A DNA stretch of 62,391 bases, counting the filler, from Perkinsus olseni (taxonomy: Eukaryota): the NCBI GenBank assembly GCA_013115125.1. It is 4 parts of 4 records of this genome, joined end to end, with 100 filler letters (N's around TTAATTAATTAA, not from the genome) between each part and the next. Parts side by side here need not be neighbours in the genome. Positions count along the whole stretch, not along the records: positions 1 to 15,673 come from JABANN010000696.1; positions 15,774 to 31,309 come from JABANN010000698.1; 2 more parts are not named here. One strand, 5' to 3'. This document shows positions 12,475 through 28,248 of the stretch, piece after piece (the stretch's first letter is position 1; every line of letters starts with the position of its first letter). The notes beneath the pieces were generated by a model. It made no database searches, was not told the DNA's origin, and saw only the letters and a list, made by a program, of their open reading frames with translations. The position numbers were made by a program, and so were the translations under genes.

Positions 12475-14316
12475 ATGATGGTGACTGCGATGGGTGTGGA
12501 TATGCCACAGAGATGGAGGTCGCTCGGCAAGGCTTCCTGTGTGAATAGAGGGGGTATGTCAACCTTATCAGGTCGAAGATGCCTCGAATCGTCCAGGAGT
12601 ACCGCCAGCCCCTCAGGAACCTTCGAATGAGGGTGTAGCGCTTGATCTCCTGCTAGGAGGCTTCCCACAGTAACGTGCTGCTGCATCACGACTTGAGTCA
12701 TCATCCACTACGACAGATCCTTTATTGACTTCAACTATATAACACAACGATATAACGGAGATCGAGTACACAGGTATTCGCCCAGGTTTTCGTGATGCCG
12801 CAACCGCAACCACCAGGCCGACTCCCTCCAAGCCCAGCAGCCTGGATACAGTGAAAACCTTACTAACCAACGCTGAAAGTCGACTCGCAGGTGGCAGACC
12901 ACTAGAGGCCCTTCAGCATTACATGGAGCTCGCCAGGTAACAGTCCTGCATTTGCCACTCCTTGGCGTTGGTAGTAGTTGCTTCGCGTCAGTTACCTTCA
13001 CAAGGGGGGCGACCTCGCCGCTGGGATTTACTTCTACTGCCGATCAGCCAATGTTGCCTCGTGTGAAGCTACGCCAGTCGCCGCCGAGGCCTTCTATAAG
13101 ATGGGTACTATGACGATGACGGGGACTGAGTAGCTTCGTAGCGTCTTTGGTGGCTATTGCCTGGGCAGGTATGATTAAAACTGAGCTGATGGACTTGCAA
13201 GGAGGCATCATCACTTTGGAGAGGGCACTGGAGTCATCCAGTGACTCCGACAGCAGCACCGCAGGGCCTAACCTCAGTCATCTCATCGCAGCTGATCTTG
13301 CTACTTTGTACATGTGAGTTTTCATGTTCTCTCGAGTGACCATCTCGACACCGCATCTTTCGAGTGTCCGCCTTAGGCGTCTTGCCGATGATGCCGACTT
13401 TTGGGCGGCCGACTCAGAACAGCCGCTACAGCAATCGAGTGCGTCCCTCTGCGTCTCCTTGGTTACATCGTTGCTATGCAGATGCCGAGAAGTGCGATGC
13501 TCTGGTCGTAGCTGGCCGGGTATGGTCATCAATGGCGTGCTACGAAAGAGCTCTCGAATGTGCCCAGTTGAGCTCGGACGAAGTCATCGAAGGCCTCGCC
13601 AGTTTCAAACTGGGGACAGCTAGGTTAGCCCTTGCTGCACTCGCCGCAAAGGAGAGCAGTCCCTCGGTTCAGACTACAGGATGGTGACCTGGAGGGGGCT
13701 CTCGCCCTTCAGCGGCGGTATCTAGAAATTTCGCAACAATTTGCGGATCTTAAGGGGGAGGCAGCGGCGCGGGCAGTACTATCTAAGATTTACCAGCGCT
13801 TAGGAGACAAGTGAGGGAATGTGGCCTCCCGATGTTATCGGCACAAGTATGATGCTGGCAGGAGAGCGGCTATTGAAGAGCTGGACATTCTGAGGAAGGT
13901 TGCAGAGGATGCAGGAGAGATAACCACAGCTGCTGATGCGTGCCTCGATCTTGCATTGCTCACATATCGAGAAGATGAGGTGAATTGAATAGCCATTGAC
14001 TTACACTTCTGCGCTCACGCCTACATGGTTGAACCTGACGTATCTTTGCTTTTCAGGTTAAGGCGGCTAAGTTGTTGGAGGGATATTATCAGCTGTCTCG
14101 TCGAGCGGCGGACCGTGGTCGTCAGGGCTCCGCTGCGGTTCTTATGGGGCTCGCTAGCGGGTAGGCCTCCGTGTAGCTGCTGAACTGGACACTCCTTTCT
14201 TCAGACGGGCAATGATGCATCATGTGGCTAAGATTTTCGAGGAAGATCGCGGTATTTATGAGCTACTCAGATGGAAAGATACTCCTTTGATTGAACGCTT
14301 GCACGATGATGTCTAA
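12475..14316 (+). CDS. TTC29: Tetratricopeptide repeat protein 29-like (flagellar TPR protein); start approximate
   Basis: VALDLLLGGFPQ|SFIDFNYIT near the N-terminus, TPR helices (ACYERALECAQ; GDLEGALALQRRYLEISQQFADLKGEAAARAVLSKIYQRLGD) and C-terminal LLRWK, ending ...LHDDV-TAA. Confidence 0.7.
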
Positions 14317-14735
14317 TCCCAACCACTACGGTGTTGAGAATAATAGCAGCATTTCTTGTGTTCGTGATGAGTAAATTTCACGCACTGTGTCATCATGCAG
14401 GGGAAAGCAGTTTTCAAGGAAACCGATAAGATATTCACGTTTCATGAGGGAAACAACGCGATGCTCGCGGACTCGAGAGCTTCGTAGCAGGGCTGGGCCA
14501 TCGAGGTTTATGCGTAAATAAGAGAGGGCGATGAGACTGGTTTTTGTTTGAGCGATCACAGCCGCCACTGGGCTACTGAGGGACACGACTTGGTTTCCAA
14601 AGCAATGAATAGAGCAGTCATTTTGAGCTCTCGTACGAGACGGCATATCAGGGGACAAATCTTTGTGTCGGGCTCTCCTACCACTCCTCGTAGAGAACAG
14701 ACTGAGTAGGGGCCACCTCCGAGGCATATTTTGCC

Positions 14736-15673
14736 GTCGACTGTACTCGAACAGGATCACTTATGTAGTGATTTCCTTTCGTTCACAAGAGTACTCTTGA
14801 CGAAACCCCAAACCGTGATGAGGAGTTGTATACCCCACCCTAATGGAGGTTTAGTCAGTACAGTCATGTACTCGACTTCGATGATCCATCCCTTACGAGG
14901 ACAGGGTGTGGGTATTGCTGAGCGGTTACTTATCAATAGGAGCAGTCACTTTCATCCTTCAGTGCGTCAGATTGAAACGATCCGCAATAACGAGCAGTAC
15001 ATGAATTAGTTATCACGTCTTCCTGCTCTGAGGCTTCGACCGACTTCTCCTGCGTCTTCCTCCATCCTCGCGGTCACCGTCCCAGTCGCCAGTCCTCCGA
15101 GTCGACGGCTCCGACGCTTGCTCCCGCTGCTTTAGTGCGTCGGTCGAGTTTATACCATCTGCTCAGGGTTTCGCGTGCAACGTCATCATCGGGTTATTTT
15201 TGGAGAGGAAATCCACCCGCTGGACTGTTCAAACTTGCGCCTTTTTTAGTGGGATCAGCATCATGAAGTAGTTACTGAAACGGGCGCGGATATATTCCCG
15301 GAGACGAGACTTTATTCTCCGGCTCGCTAAGCAGATGAGAGACGCGTCTTGTTTCTGTGCATGGTTTCACCAGTGAAGGTGATGATCCTACTTTACACCG
15401 CAAGCGAGTCTCCCTCCTCTTTACAATGATACTCCGCCCGATTACAGTGTTCATTCTGTGTTGGAAGATCCACACCGAAGCGGCAGATCCTGAGTCCAAT
15501 CCAAAAGGTAGTTCATCCGCCCGCCTCCCTAGAGCGAGCTTTTTCGGTTGTCAGACTTGTTCCGGAGGGGTATCAACAAACTGCGGGCGGCACTGAGCCT
15601 CGATGAAGATGGTCCGGTGCCCGAGGCGATCTGTGACAGCACAGTACTTCAACATCACGGCCATCTGTCGGGC
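14736..15673 (+). mobile_element. Copy 2 of the interspersed decayed coding repeat, inverted relative to 1-767, truncated by the contig edge
   Basis: Aligns to the reverse complement of 1-767. It has an extra 173 bp between AGTGCGTC direct repeats (14961-14968, 15134-15141) and a 4-bp frameshifting deletion near 15350. Confidence 0.55.
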
Positions 15674-15773
15674 NNNNNNNNNNNNNNNNNNNNNNNNNNN
15701 NNNNNNNNNNNNNNNNNTTAATTAATTAANNNNNNNNNNNNNNNNNNNNNNNNNNNNNNNNNNNNNNNNNNNN
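15674..15773. other. Artificial contig linker (Ns plus the six-frame stop TTAATTAATTAA)
   Basis: Identical 100-nt spacer design appears three times in the window. Confidence 0.98.
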
Positions 15774-15843
<70 letters not shown>

Positions 15844-15844
15844 C
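15774..15844. repeat. (AAC)n microsatellite at contig start
   Basis: Direct reading. Confidence 0.97.
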
Positions 15845-15860
15845 TCAACACGTTCCGCAG

Positions 15861-16160
15861 GTATTCGCCACACTAGGGTTTGATCAGGATCTAACCGAAC
15901 AGGAAATGGACCTATTGGCTAGGAAATATACCAATATGGGGTACTAGGGCTCACATCATCACGCCTCTATCGTCACCACATCATCACATGCTCTCTATCA
16001 GGAATACTCTAGAAGTGAATTACCGAGATTTCTGTTCGACAGTTGACCCGTCACCACCACTGTGTGTGGATAATTCTCTAGCTAAGAATATTCTACCCAG
16101 TAATTATCATGATAGGACTGGACAAGTTATACGCCAGCAGTGACAGCAGCATCATGTTGA
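15861..16160 (+). CDS. 3' exons of an EF-hand-like protein (partial)
   Basis: VFATLGFDQDLTEQEMDLLARKYTNMG|NTLEVNYRDFCSTVD shows a degenerate EF-hand pattern between GT-AG introns. Confidence 0.55.
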
Positions 16161-16412
16161 ATAGTATCCTGCGTAATAACCATAATGTTGTTGTTTTTGT
16201 TGTTGTACACATGTTATAACGGCAGAGTTTAGTTATTCATCCATGTGGTGGGGAGGGGAGGGTGATCGATCATAACGGCGAGCGCGAATAACACTGCGCT
16301 GTTGTTGTTGTTGTTGTTCGGTCCACATTCAATGCTAAGGTTATTCAATGTATGGATGCTAGGTTGTTGACCCCTTTATCGTTCATCCTCTTCCTTCAAT
16401 CACCACATCTCC

Positions 16413-17229
16413 ATGTTCCGTCGTACTCCTGGCATGCTACTCAGTGCTGCAGTAAGGCCTCGTGTATTCTTTGATATCAGTATAGCGGGAAGTAAATCTG
16501 GTAGAATAGAAATGGAACTATTCAATGGTAAGTTGTAGTATATTGTCAACGCTAGCCACTCGTCATCGTTATTATTTTCAGATGTTGTACCTAAAACAGC
16601 TGAGAATTTCAGATGTCTATGTACTGGTGAGAAAGGTGTCGGACACAGTGGTAAGAACCTGACCTACAAGGGATCAGCATTCCACAGGATAATACCACAA
16701 TTTATGTGCCAAGTAAGATCACCAAGTTACCCCTACTCACGGAATACTCGTAAATTGTATTTTTTGTCGATTGTTGTTGTTGTTGTTTCCTTCAGGGTGG
16801 TGACTTTACCAGAGGTAACGGGACCGGTGGAGAATCTATTTACGGTATGAAGTTTAGGGATGAGAACTTCAAACTACGTCATACTGAAGTAATGCATTCG
16901 CATCACTCTTACGATAAGTAGCAGCGCACTATTGCCGCTCTTCTCGTTCTATTCTCAGCCTGGTCTATTGTCTATGGCCAATGCTGGTCCCAACACTAAT
17001 GGTAGTCAATTCTTCATTACTACTGTACCTACACCCTGGCTGGATGGTAAACATTGTGTATTTGGTAAAGTAGTATCTGGTATGGATGTAGTGAAGAAGA
17101 TGGAGGCAGTTGGCAGTCAAGGTAATTCATTATTACAATAACTATCAAGCATACCTCATGGCTTTAGGCGGACAACCGCGGAAACAAGTTTCCATCCAGG
17201 ATTGTGGTGAGATCAAGTCGACAGAGTAG
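16413..17229 (+). CDS. Cyclophilin peptidyl-prolyl isomerase with short presequence-like N-terminus, 5 exons
   Basis: [26 protein letters not shown]...[17 protein letters not shown]...[28 protein letters not shown]...[19 protein letters not shown]...[12 protein letters not shown]...[11 protein letters not shown]. Confidence 0.97.
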
Positions 17230-17363
17230 CAACCGATGTCTACTATTGCCACTACCACAACAACATCGATTGCTCATTGACAGTGTTTCAGTTTTTGCTC
17301 CTTGGGTTGAGTTTGTAGTGGTGTTCAACTGCCAAGGTTCATGACAGATTTCCGTCACTCATA

Positions 17364-17488
17364 ATGGCACCTGCCGCCGCCGGCGAATCAGCTCGGGAAC
17401 ACGGTAGACAAGTGTTACTTGCTGCTGGTAATGCTGCACAAGATGGCTTTATTGAGGTAATGTGCTACACTATGTTCTTGTGTACTCA

Positions 17489-17525
<37 letters not shown>

Positions 17526-18160
17526 ATTGTTAGATACATCATTACATCGAGCAAGGGCCTAATGGTTTGAGTGTAGCATGCTTTGTTGGAGGTGTTCTCT
17601 TATCAATAGTGTCTCTTCTCTCAATCATTGATGTATTCTCAATACCGTTCCATCCATTTAATTATCTACTTAACTTCTTCATACTGGCTATGGCCCTTAT
17701 TACAATATTAATAGAGGCGACACCTGATATGCTCAAAGGAAGACAAGAATACCAAACTAAAGTGTAATACCATGCTGCTCATCCTCCAACAGTCGGAGCC
17801 TGAGGAAGTCCGTTGTTATCACGACATCATCCGCATCAGGTTTGATAATGCAAAGATATTGACCTACATATGGGGAAGGGGTATATTCTATTTATTCCAA
17901 GGATTGTTGGCAATGGTCGAGTCTGGTCTGCTGTATATGATCGTTGGTATTATACAACTTGTATTGGGTGTGAGCTGTATTGCCATTTGGAAAGGGTAGT
18001 AATCATCAACGAGCAGTAATCATGATCATTAATACCACCCGGCAGGTATAAACCACGTTTAAGTGTATTACGTGAGAAGGTAGCAGCTGGTACAGGAAGA
18101 GTAGCACAATGCATAGAGGATGGTCGTGGTAATGGCAGTCGGCACGTTCAAGTTCAGTAG
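17364..18160 (+). CDS. COPI-associated (TVP15-like) multi-pass membrane protein
   Basis: Four exons with hydrophobic helices and the motif KILTYIWGRGIFYLFQG, typical of the COPI_assoc family. Confidence 0.75.
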
Positions 18161-18363
18161 AATGGACATAAGCAGATAATTATTATTCAACAGCCTTTCT
18201 TCTACCAACAGTCGTTGTGTTGACATTATAGTCAAAAGCACAACACAGTGGGTGTAAGAAAATCGTGGTTCGTTAGTATTGATGTACTACCAAAGTCGAT
18301 AACGGTAGTGTGATAATTATTACCAAGAAGTAGTATAATGATGATAACAATTAATCATTATTT

Positions 18364-19447
18364 TCACTTATGTCTTACCATTCTTTTCTTCTTTTTACCA
18401 CTTTTACTACCAGACTGAGGTTCTTTCTCCCTTTTTTTACTGCCACTTGCTGGAGCATTAGGACACCAGCCGTCACGATCGAAAGTCTACATATGGACAA
18501 ACAACAGTGAGAACAACATTGATGATTGTAATAGTGATGATGATGATGATAGAAAGTACTATTATTATTACCTTACAGCAAGCATATCCCCATCTATGAG
18601 TATCTTTATCGAAATAACTACCCCATACTGAAGTATGACCCTAAACAATACATAATGATATCAGCGAGTAGTAGTGTAGCATTACCTGTGTATAATTATC
18701 CTCTTCATATCGACTGTTTAAGACGAGTCGAGATTCCCTCCCATCATTATCCAAATCTTCATCATCTATTGTCTGATAAATGATATCCAATTATCTATGC
18801 TATAATTATTGTTGTATAACCTCATCTTTCTTATCTTGCTTAGCAAGTGCCAGAAGCCTTTTCTTCGTCTCCGATGCTGCTGCTTCTTCCGGTGATTCAG
18901 CATTGTGATGATGATGGTGATGGGCAGCAGATGATGAGGACTAAGTAGTGGTTGTTATACACTTACCATCATGTGATATATTACATAGTCCTGTTGTTGT
19001 TGTTGTTGTTGTTGTTGTTTGGTATCACCGGTAATAAGACCACCTCTTCCTGACTTCAACTCTTGAGCTATCCTAGTAGCCTTGGCAGCACCGCTCCCTC
19101 CCTCCCCGGTAGCCCGATACATTTCTTCACGCAATAATTCTACTCTCCTCTCCTCTTCTCTTCTTTTCATCAACTCCTCTTGTTGTCTCTCATGTTTTCT
19201 CTTTTCTTCCATCTTTAACCATAGTCTACAACAAGTGACATCAAAAACGAATAATATGAGAACAACAACACTGTAATTACTTTTCTTGATTTTTCAGATT
19301 AGATGGGTGGAAGAATTTCTTAGCAATAAATCCACCAGCCTTATGACCCACTCTTCCACCGAAGCTACCAACAGCAGCATTCCTTATATGTTGTTGTTCA
19401 TCACCACCATCTCCACGCGACGATGATGATGATGATGATGATGACAT
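18364..19447 (-). CDS. Splicing-factor-like protein: N-terminal CIR_N/CWC25-like domain plus Slu7-like C-terminal motif
   Basis: [35 protein letters not shown]...EEERR (CIR_N) and [31 protein letters not shown] (Slu7 C-terminal motif). Confidence 0.75.
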
Positions 19448-19866
19448 GACAATAATAATGATACAAGGAGACTATCAAGGATCATCATCTTCATCATCAT
19501 TAGTTTTATCATACATGTAGCTACTTTACGCAATAAGCCTGCCTCTCTGCGACTACCTTTCATTGATGTAATATTAACACAAGATCCGATATGATGATTT
19601 CTCGTAGTAGCAGCATCTTGATGTTGATCGATAGAAGAATGGTGGTAAACTAGTAGTGATAATAATATAGCAATAACAACGGCAGCAGCTACTCGTCTTT
19701 AACATCCTAACTCCATCATCAGCTCTAATGAGTAGTACTGCTATTATCATATTAAACCACTACTACCAACTTCTTCCACGATCGTCATCATCATCATTGT
19801 TGTTAGTGACCACCGCAGTAATCGTCGTCGTAGCCGGCGAATAATGATGTGAGCAACAGCAGCTTC

Positions 19867-20414
19867 TTACTTGAGAGGCACGAAACGAGCAGCCATACCA
19901 GCACGTCCGTGACTAATAGGCTTGTAAGTGATGGAGAATTCACCCAAATAATGACCAATCATATCGGGCTTGATCTCGACGTTGATGAAGTTCTTACCGT
20001 TGTAAACACCAACAACAGAGCCAACCATCTCCGGTACGATAGTCATATTACGCATATGAGTCTTAACTGCCTCCGGCTTCTCACCTAATACGAATAATCA
20101 TTCATACAACATCATTAATGCGTCGTCGTGATGATTACCATAGGGAGTGGCCTTCTTAGCCTTCCTCAACTTAGCGAGTAGAGTGATCGGGTTGGACTTG
20201 ATACCCCTGCTGAACTTACGGCGTTGACGGGCCTTGAACAAAGGCATCAACTGCTCAGTTGAGTAGTCGAGGATCTGATAATAATGACAAGTAATAATAC
20301 CATCCCTCCCGTTCATCATCGCCTTATTATTACATCATCGAGATCCACACCCCTGTAGGAGTAATGACGGAAAGTACGCTTTTTATGCTCAACAGGAGCG
20401 GTAGTGTCAGCCAT
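19867..20414 (-). CDS. RPS15: 40S ribosomal protein S15 (uS19)
   Basis: [26 protein letters not shown]...[10 protein letters not shown]...[23 protein letters not shown]...[13 protein letters not shown]...RFVPLK*. Confidence 0.98.
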
Positions 20415-20628
20415 GGTAATAGTCAACAACAACAATGACTACTGATGATGAGTAAACTTCAATACGTCCAAGTATTAAGGGGAGGAGGGTCTTCTGCACC
20501 AAGGGAGGTCATCATCCACCATCGCACGGATAGCGTGATCGATTATGGTAATTTTGATCGATTTGGTGCAATGAGGCTTCCCCCCCTGCTGCTCCGACGA
20601 CTACGCCGTTGTTGCTCATCTTGTCATT
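20415..20628. promoter_or_regulatory. Putative bidirectional upstream region between RPS15 and RPL6
   Basis: 214 bp between two divergent start codons. No defined motif recognised. Confidence 0.45.
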
Positions 20629-21285
20629 ATGGTCAAGTCCACCACCAAGACTACTTCTACTCGCAAACTGCAGATTAAGGCTGCCAAGCTTCGATCAACC
20701 ATTACCCCCGGTAATAATAATAATCATAAATCATCGTCGTTCATCGTCGTGGCGCGCACAGTATTTGTTATGATGACGATGTTGATCGTGTTAGGTACTG
20801 TGTTGATTCTCTTGGCTGGCCCTTATCGTGGTAAGCGTGTGGTTTTCCTGAAGCAATTGGACTCCGGCCTTCTGTTGGTTACCGGTAATATGAATAATAG
20901 TTGTCAGGTCGGTATCGTTGTAGTACTGTTGTTGGTATTATTATCAGGTCCCTTCCGTCTTAACGGTGTTCCTCTTCGTAGAGCCAATCAAGCTTATGTT
21001 ATCGCCACTTCTACCAAGATTGATATCTCTAAGGTGAACACTGATAAGTTCACTGATGAGTATTTCGCCAAGTCCAAGGCTGATAAGCGTAGTGGAAAGA
21101 AGACTGAGGAGGAGTTCTTCGCCCTTGAGAAGGAATCTCAGCTGTCTGCTCAGTTCATTGCTGATCAGAAGGAGATGGATAAATCTCTTATGACTGTTAT
21201 TGCTAAGGATAAGATGATGCCTCGTTACTTGAGGTGCCGCTTCACACTTAGCAATGGTATGTATCCTCATGAGATGAAGTTCTAA
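20629..21285 (+). CDS. RPL6: 60S ribosomal protein L6 (eL6), two in-frame introns
   Basis: [62 protein letters not shown]...YPHEMKF*. Confidence 0.98.
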   Translation: MVKSTTKTTSTRKLQIKAAKLRSTITPGNNNNHKSSSFIVVARTVFVMMTMLIVLGTVLILLAGPYRGKRVVFLKQLDSGLLLVTGNMNNSCQVGIVVVLLLVLLSGPFRLNGVPLRRANQAYVIATSTKIDISKVNTDKFTDEYFAKSKADKRSGKKTEEEFFALEKESQLSAQFIADQKEMDKSLMTVIAKDKMMPRYLRCRFTLSNGMYPHEMKF

Positions 21286-21667
21286 GAAGAAGGACAACAA
21301 CAACAATCTCACAGCTATCATTCCGAAGACTATGATGATAATGCTGATTCAGGGGTATTAATGTCAACATCATTATGAACAACCCTCTCGTCGTCCATAA
21401 TCATTATGGCTACCCATCAGAAGCAGCAGCAGCGGCAGCATCAACAAGAGTTCTCACTGTGTAGTGTTAGTATCAGTTAGTTGGGGGAGGGATGGGTTAT
21501 AATAGGTGATGATAAGTTCATACTCATCATCATCATCATCATCATCATCATTATGATGATACCTTCTACTACGACTACTCCCGTGGGGCAAGGAATCGAG
21601 GTGAGGATCTTTCATAGGGACTTGTTGTTGTTATGATGAGCATGATGATGATGAATAGGTACGTGAT

Positions 21668-25262
<3,595 letters not shown>

Positions 25263-25448
25263 TAACAAAAGGCTATTCACTATTCTTACACTTGTAATAA
25301 TATGGAAAATTGTTACATCAACAACCCCATTATGTGGAGTTTGTTAATGGCCCTTCATCCGCAGTAAACGCAGGGTACAATCGATTAGAGTGGCGTGCGC
25401 TACTTCCTGCTGCGCAATTTTAGTCTCTGAGCCCCAGTCGTTTTTTTA

Positions 25449-25955
25449 TGGTGCGATGTTGATAATAATAATAATCGCCGCCTATTTAACGTCGACAATA
25501 CATCTCCACGTTGAGGTAATTTGTGTCGATAACAATATCTTGAATAATATTATCATATCAGGCATCGCAGAATGTAGTACAACAACCTAGACCACCACCA
25601 CAACCACAGGCACCATCACCACAACAACAAGTATTGTTGCCATCTCCACAGCAACCCCCGCCCGTTGCTGCTGCTGGTCCAGTGGTGATGCCGGGGAGTT
25701 CTCCTGTTGAGAGCAATACTAGATCAGACCAACAACGAGATGAGGGAGATAATAATAGGATAGATCTTGGTAGAGTATTATTATTAATCGGAGGAGGAGT
25801 TGCTATGGCATTCTGTGGTTGCCTTTTAGCTCATCATGTGTAAGTAGCTGAAGGGACGATAACAAGCACAACAACAACAGCATTGCCATCATCATGTTCT
25901 CTCTGTAGGTTCCAACATTTTCAAAAGATTCATCATCATCCGCGTCGGAGTGGTA
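25449..25955 (+). CDS. Possible small Pro/Gln-rich single-pass membrane protein
   Basis: Exon QQPRPPPQPQAPSP...DLGRVLLLIGGGVAMAFCGCLLAHH bounded by AG/GT sites. No family recognised. Confidence 0.4.
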
Positions 25956-26259
25956 GTAGTAATCCCAATAACAGCAGGAAAGTTTTAGAATAATGTTGAT
26001 GACAAGAAGAATGACCCATGAACCAGTCCTAACACTACTACTCATGATCCACAATAATAATGTCGTTGTAACCCTGATCATCATCATCATTGTTCTTGTG
26101 TTATACTCATGCAAGGAGAGGGGCAGCAAGAGCAGCATATTGGAGATGCATTAAGACAATAGAGTGTGGATGTATTACTGTGATTATTATTACTACTATT
26201 ATTGAGTTGCAGTGTAACATCATCACTGTGGGCCATAGAGGAGGGTCATTATCATCATT

Positions 26260-27490
26260 ATGACCACGCCAACATCACTTGGCAGTAGTACTAGTCATCA
26301 TCCGTTATTATTACCACAACAAGGGGGCGCCGTGGCAGCAGGTGGTGAAGGGGGTGGAAGAAGAGGTTATTATTATTATTACCAACAACAACAACAACAA
26401 CCGGAAGTAGATCAACAATCAAGCGAGCAGCATGCATATATTAATGGAGGGAAACATGATTATTATAATGTGTATAATACACAGGGCGGAATTATTATCA
26501 GAGATAACAACAACAATACCAATCACCCATCTCAACAACAACAAGATGACGGCGACAACGAACAGGTAGAGAGCAGACAGAGCACTACCTACTATGATAG
26601 GATACAACGTCTGAGGTAATATTACTACTACTACCACTACAGTCATCAATACCATCATCATCAGTCTTCATTCAGTACCCGTTTGAATGGGTTACAACAA
26701 GGGATGGATAATCATCGGGCTGTGAAGTAATGCGTTCGGCTTTATCATCATCATCATCATCATCATCACTGATGATGGTACCATTATTATTACCAGCACT
26801 CTTCTACCTCAACCCTACTCTTATTATCGTCATTATCGTCAGGTTAGCGAATCTCAATGAACATCTTACTGATATTAATAGTAAACTAGATAATCATCAA
26901 GCGAGTATATCCTCCAATATGAATACCTTGAAGGAAGATGTAAGAATAACCTCCCCCGATACACTCATGATACTCTCCCGACAACTTGACAATGCTGCCA
27001 GTAGTATCATCATTACTAGATACTACGTTTACACAAGATCATGGATGATGAAAGGGAAAAAAGAGATGTACGTCATAATCATAACGTTGTTCTTGTTCTT
27101 GGTGATATCGTAATAATTCTTCTAGGGCATATCTAAGGTGCAAGAGGAGGAGATGCAGAATCTTGATAAGAGGTAATACTGAAGGGTGTCGAGGTGTGAG
27201 GCGTTACCACGCCGGCATGATGATGATGACGGGCTTTCATGAAGAATAGCATTGTGAACACTAGTGTTCGTGGTAGATTGCAAGAGGCGATAGAGAAAGA
27301 ACAGGAATCACGGAGAGAGGCGGAGAATGAACTCATCACTAAGTTGAAAGACAAAACTGATAAAATAAGGTAAGATATATATTAATATCATTTGGAAAGG
27401 TTAATATTTAGATGTGAATTTGACAAAGATATTGAAGATGATGAATCAAGAGAGGTATCAACATTGCGGAAGTACATCGAGGTATGGAGT

Positions 27491-27553
<63 letters not shown>

Positions 27554-28057
27554 GAATGTTCTATAATTGTGATGATACTAATAGTGGCAATCCAAAGTTT
27601 AGGTTGATCTTCCCAAGTTAGAAGATACCCTCAGGGAAGGGGATTTATCGAAAGAGAACATGGAACGTGAATTACTGGGAGAAGCCAATGATGAGATAAA
27701 AAGGCTCGAAGAGGCTCTCAACAGAGAGAGAGCTCAAAGGTAGTAGTACTAGTACCACTACTGGTATTAATAATTATGATACTAATGAATTGGTAGTAGG
27801 GAGGAGACAGAAGAGGCTATGTTGAGAATGATGGAAGATGTTGTCGCTAAAATGCAATCCGAGATGGCTGAAGTAACAATATTACTGCTGCTCCTATTAA
27901 TGATGATGATGATGATGATGATTGTCAGGAAAGACGCAATAGAGAAGCTACAGAAGAATCGTTATTGAAGTTACTCGAGGAGACTTGTAATAAGTTAAAT
28001 GATGCAGCAAGAGAGGTAACAACAGTAGTAACTGATGATGATAATAATTACTATTGA
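26260..28057 (+). CDS. SF-assemblin/beta-giardin family (striated fibre assemblin) protein; ends approximate
   Basis: Coiled-coil exons ending VDLPKLEDTL...EALNRERAQR|EETEEAMLRMMEDVVAKMQSEMAE|ERRNREATEESLLKLLEETCNKL, the characteristic alveolate SFA C-terminus. Confidence 0.8.
27494..27553. repeat. (CAT)n microsatellite, intronic
   Basis: Direct reading. Confidence 0.95.
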
Positions 28058-28082
28058 TCCGGGTTGAGTCTATACAACATGC

Positions 28083-28083
<1 letters not shown>

Positions 28084-28147
<64 letters not shown>
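28084..28147. repeat. (CAT)n microsatellite
   Basis: Direct reading. Confidence 0.95.
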
Positions 28148-28148
<1 letters not shown>

Positions 28149-28248
28149 CAACTCCACAACAGATAGGGCTATTGGGTTGTTGTTGTGAATGTTCGTAGTC
28201 TCTGTTGGGTATATAGTACGAGTAGTAGTCACGGGATTATCTCCTGAT

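Noticed and set aside
15674-15773. TTAATTAATTAA palindrome inside N runs (also at 31310-31409 and 46852-46951)
   Set aside because: Artificial six-frame-stop linker. The contigs are in descending length order, so adjacency across linkers has no biological meaning.
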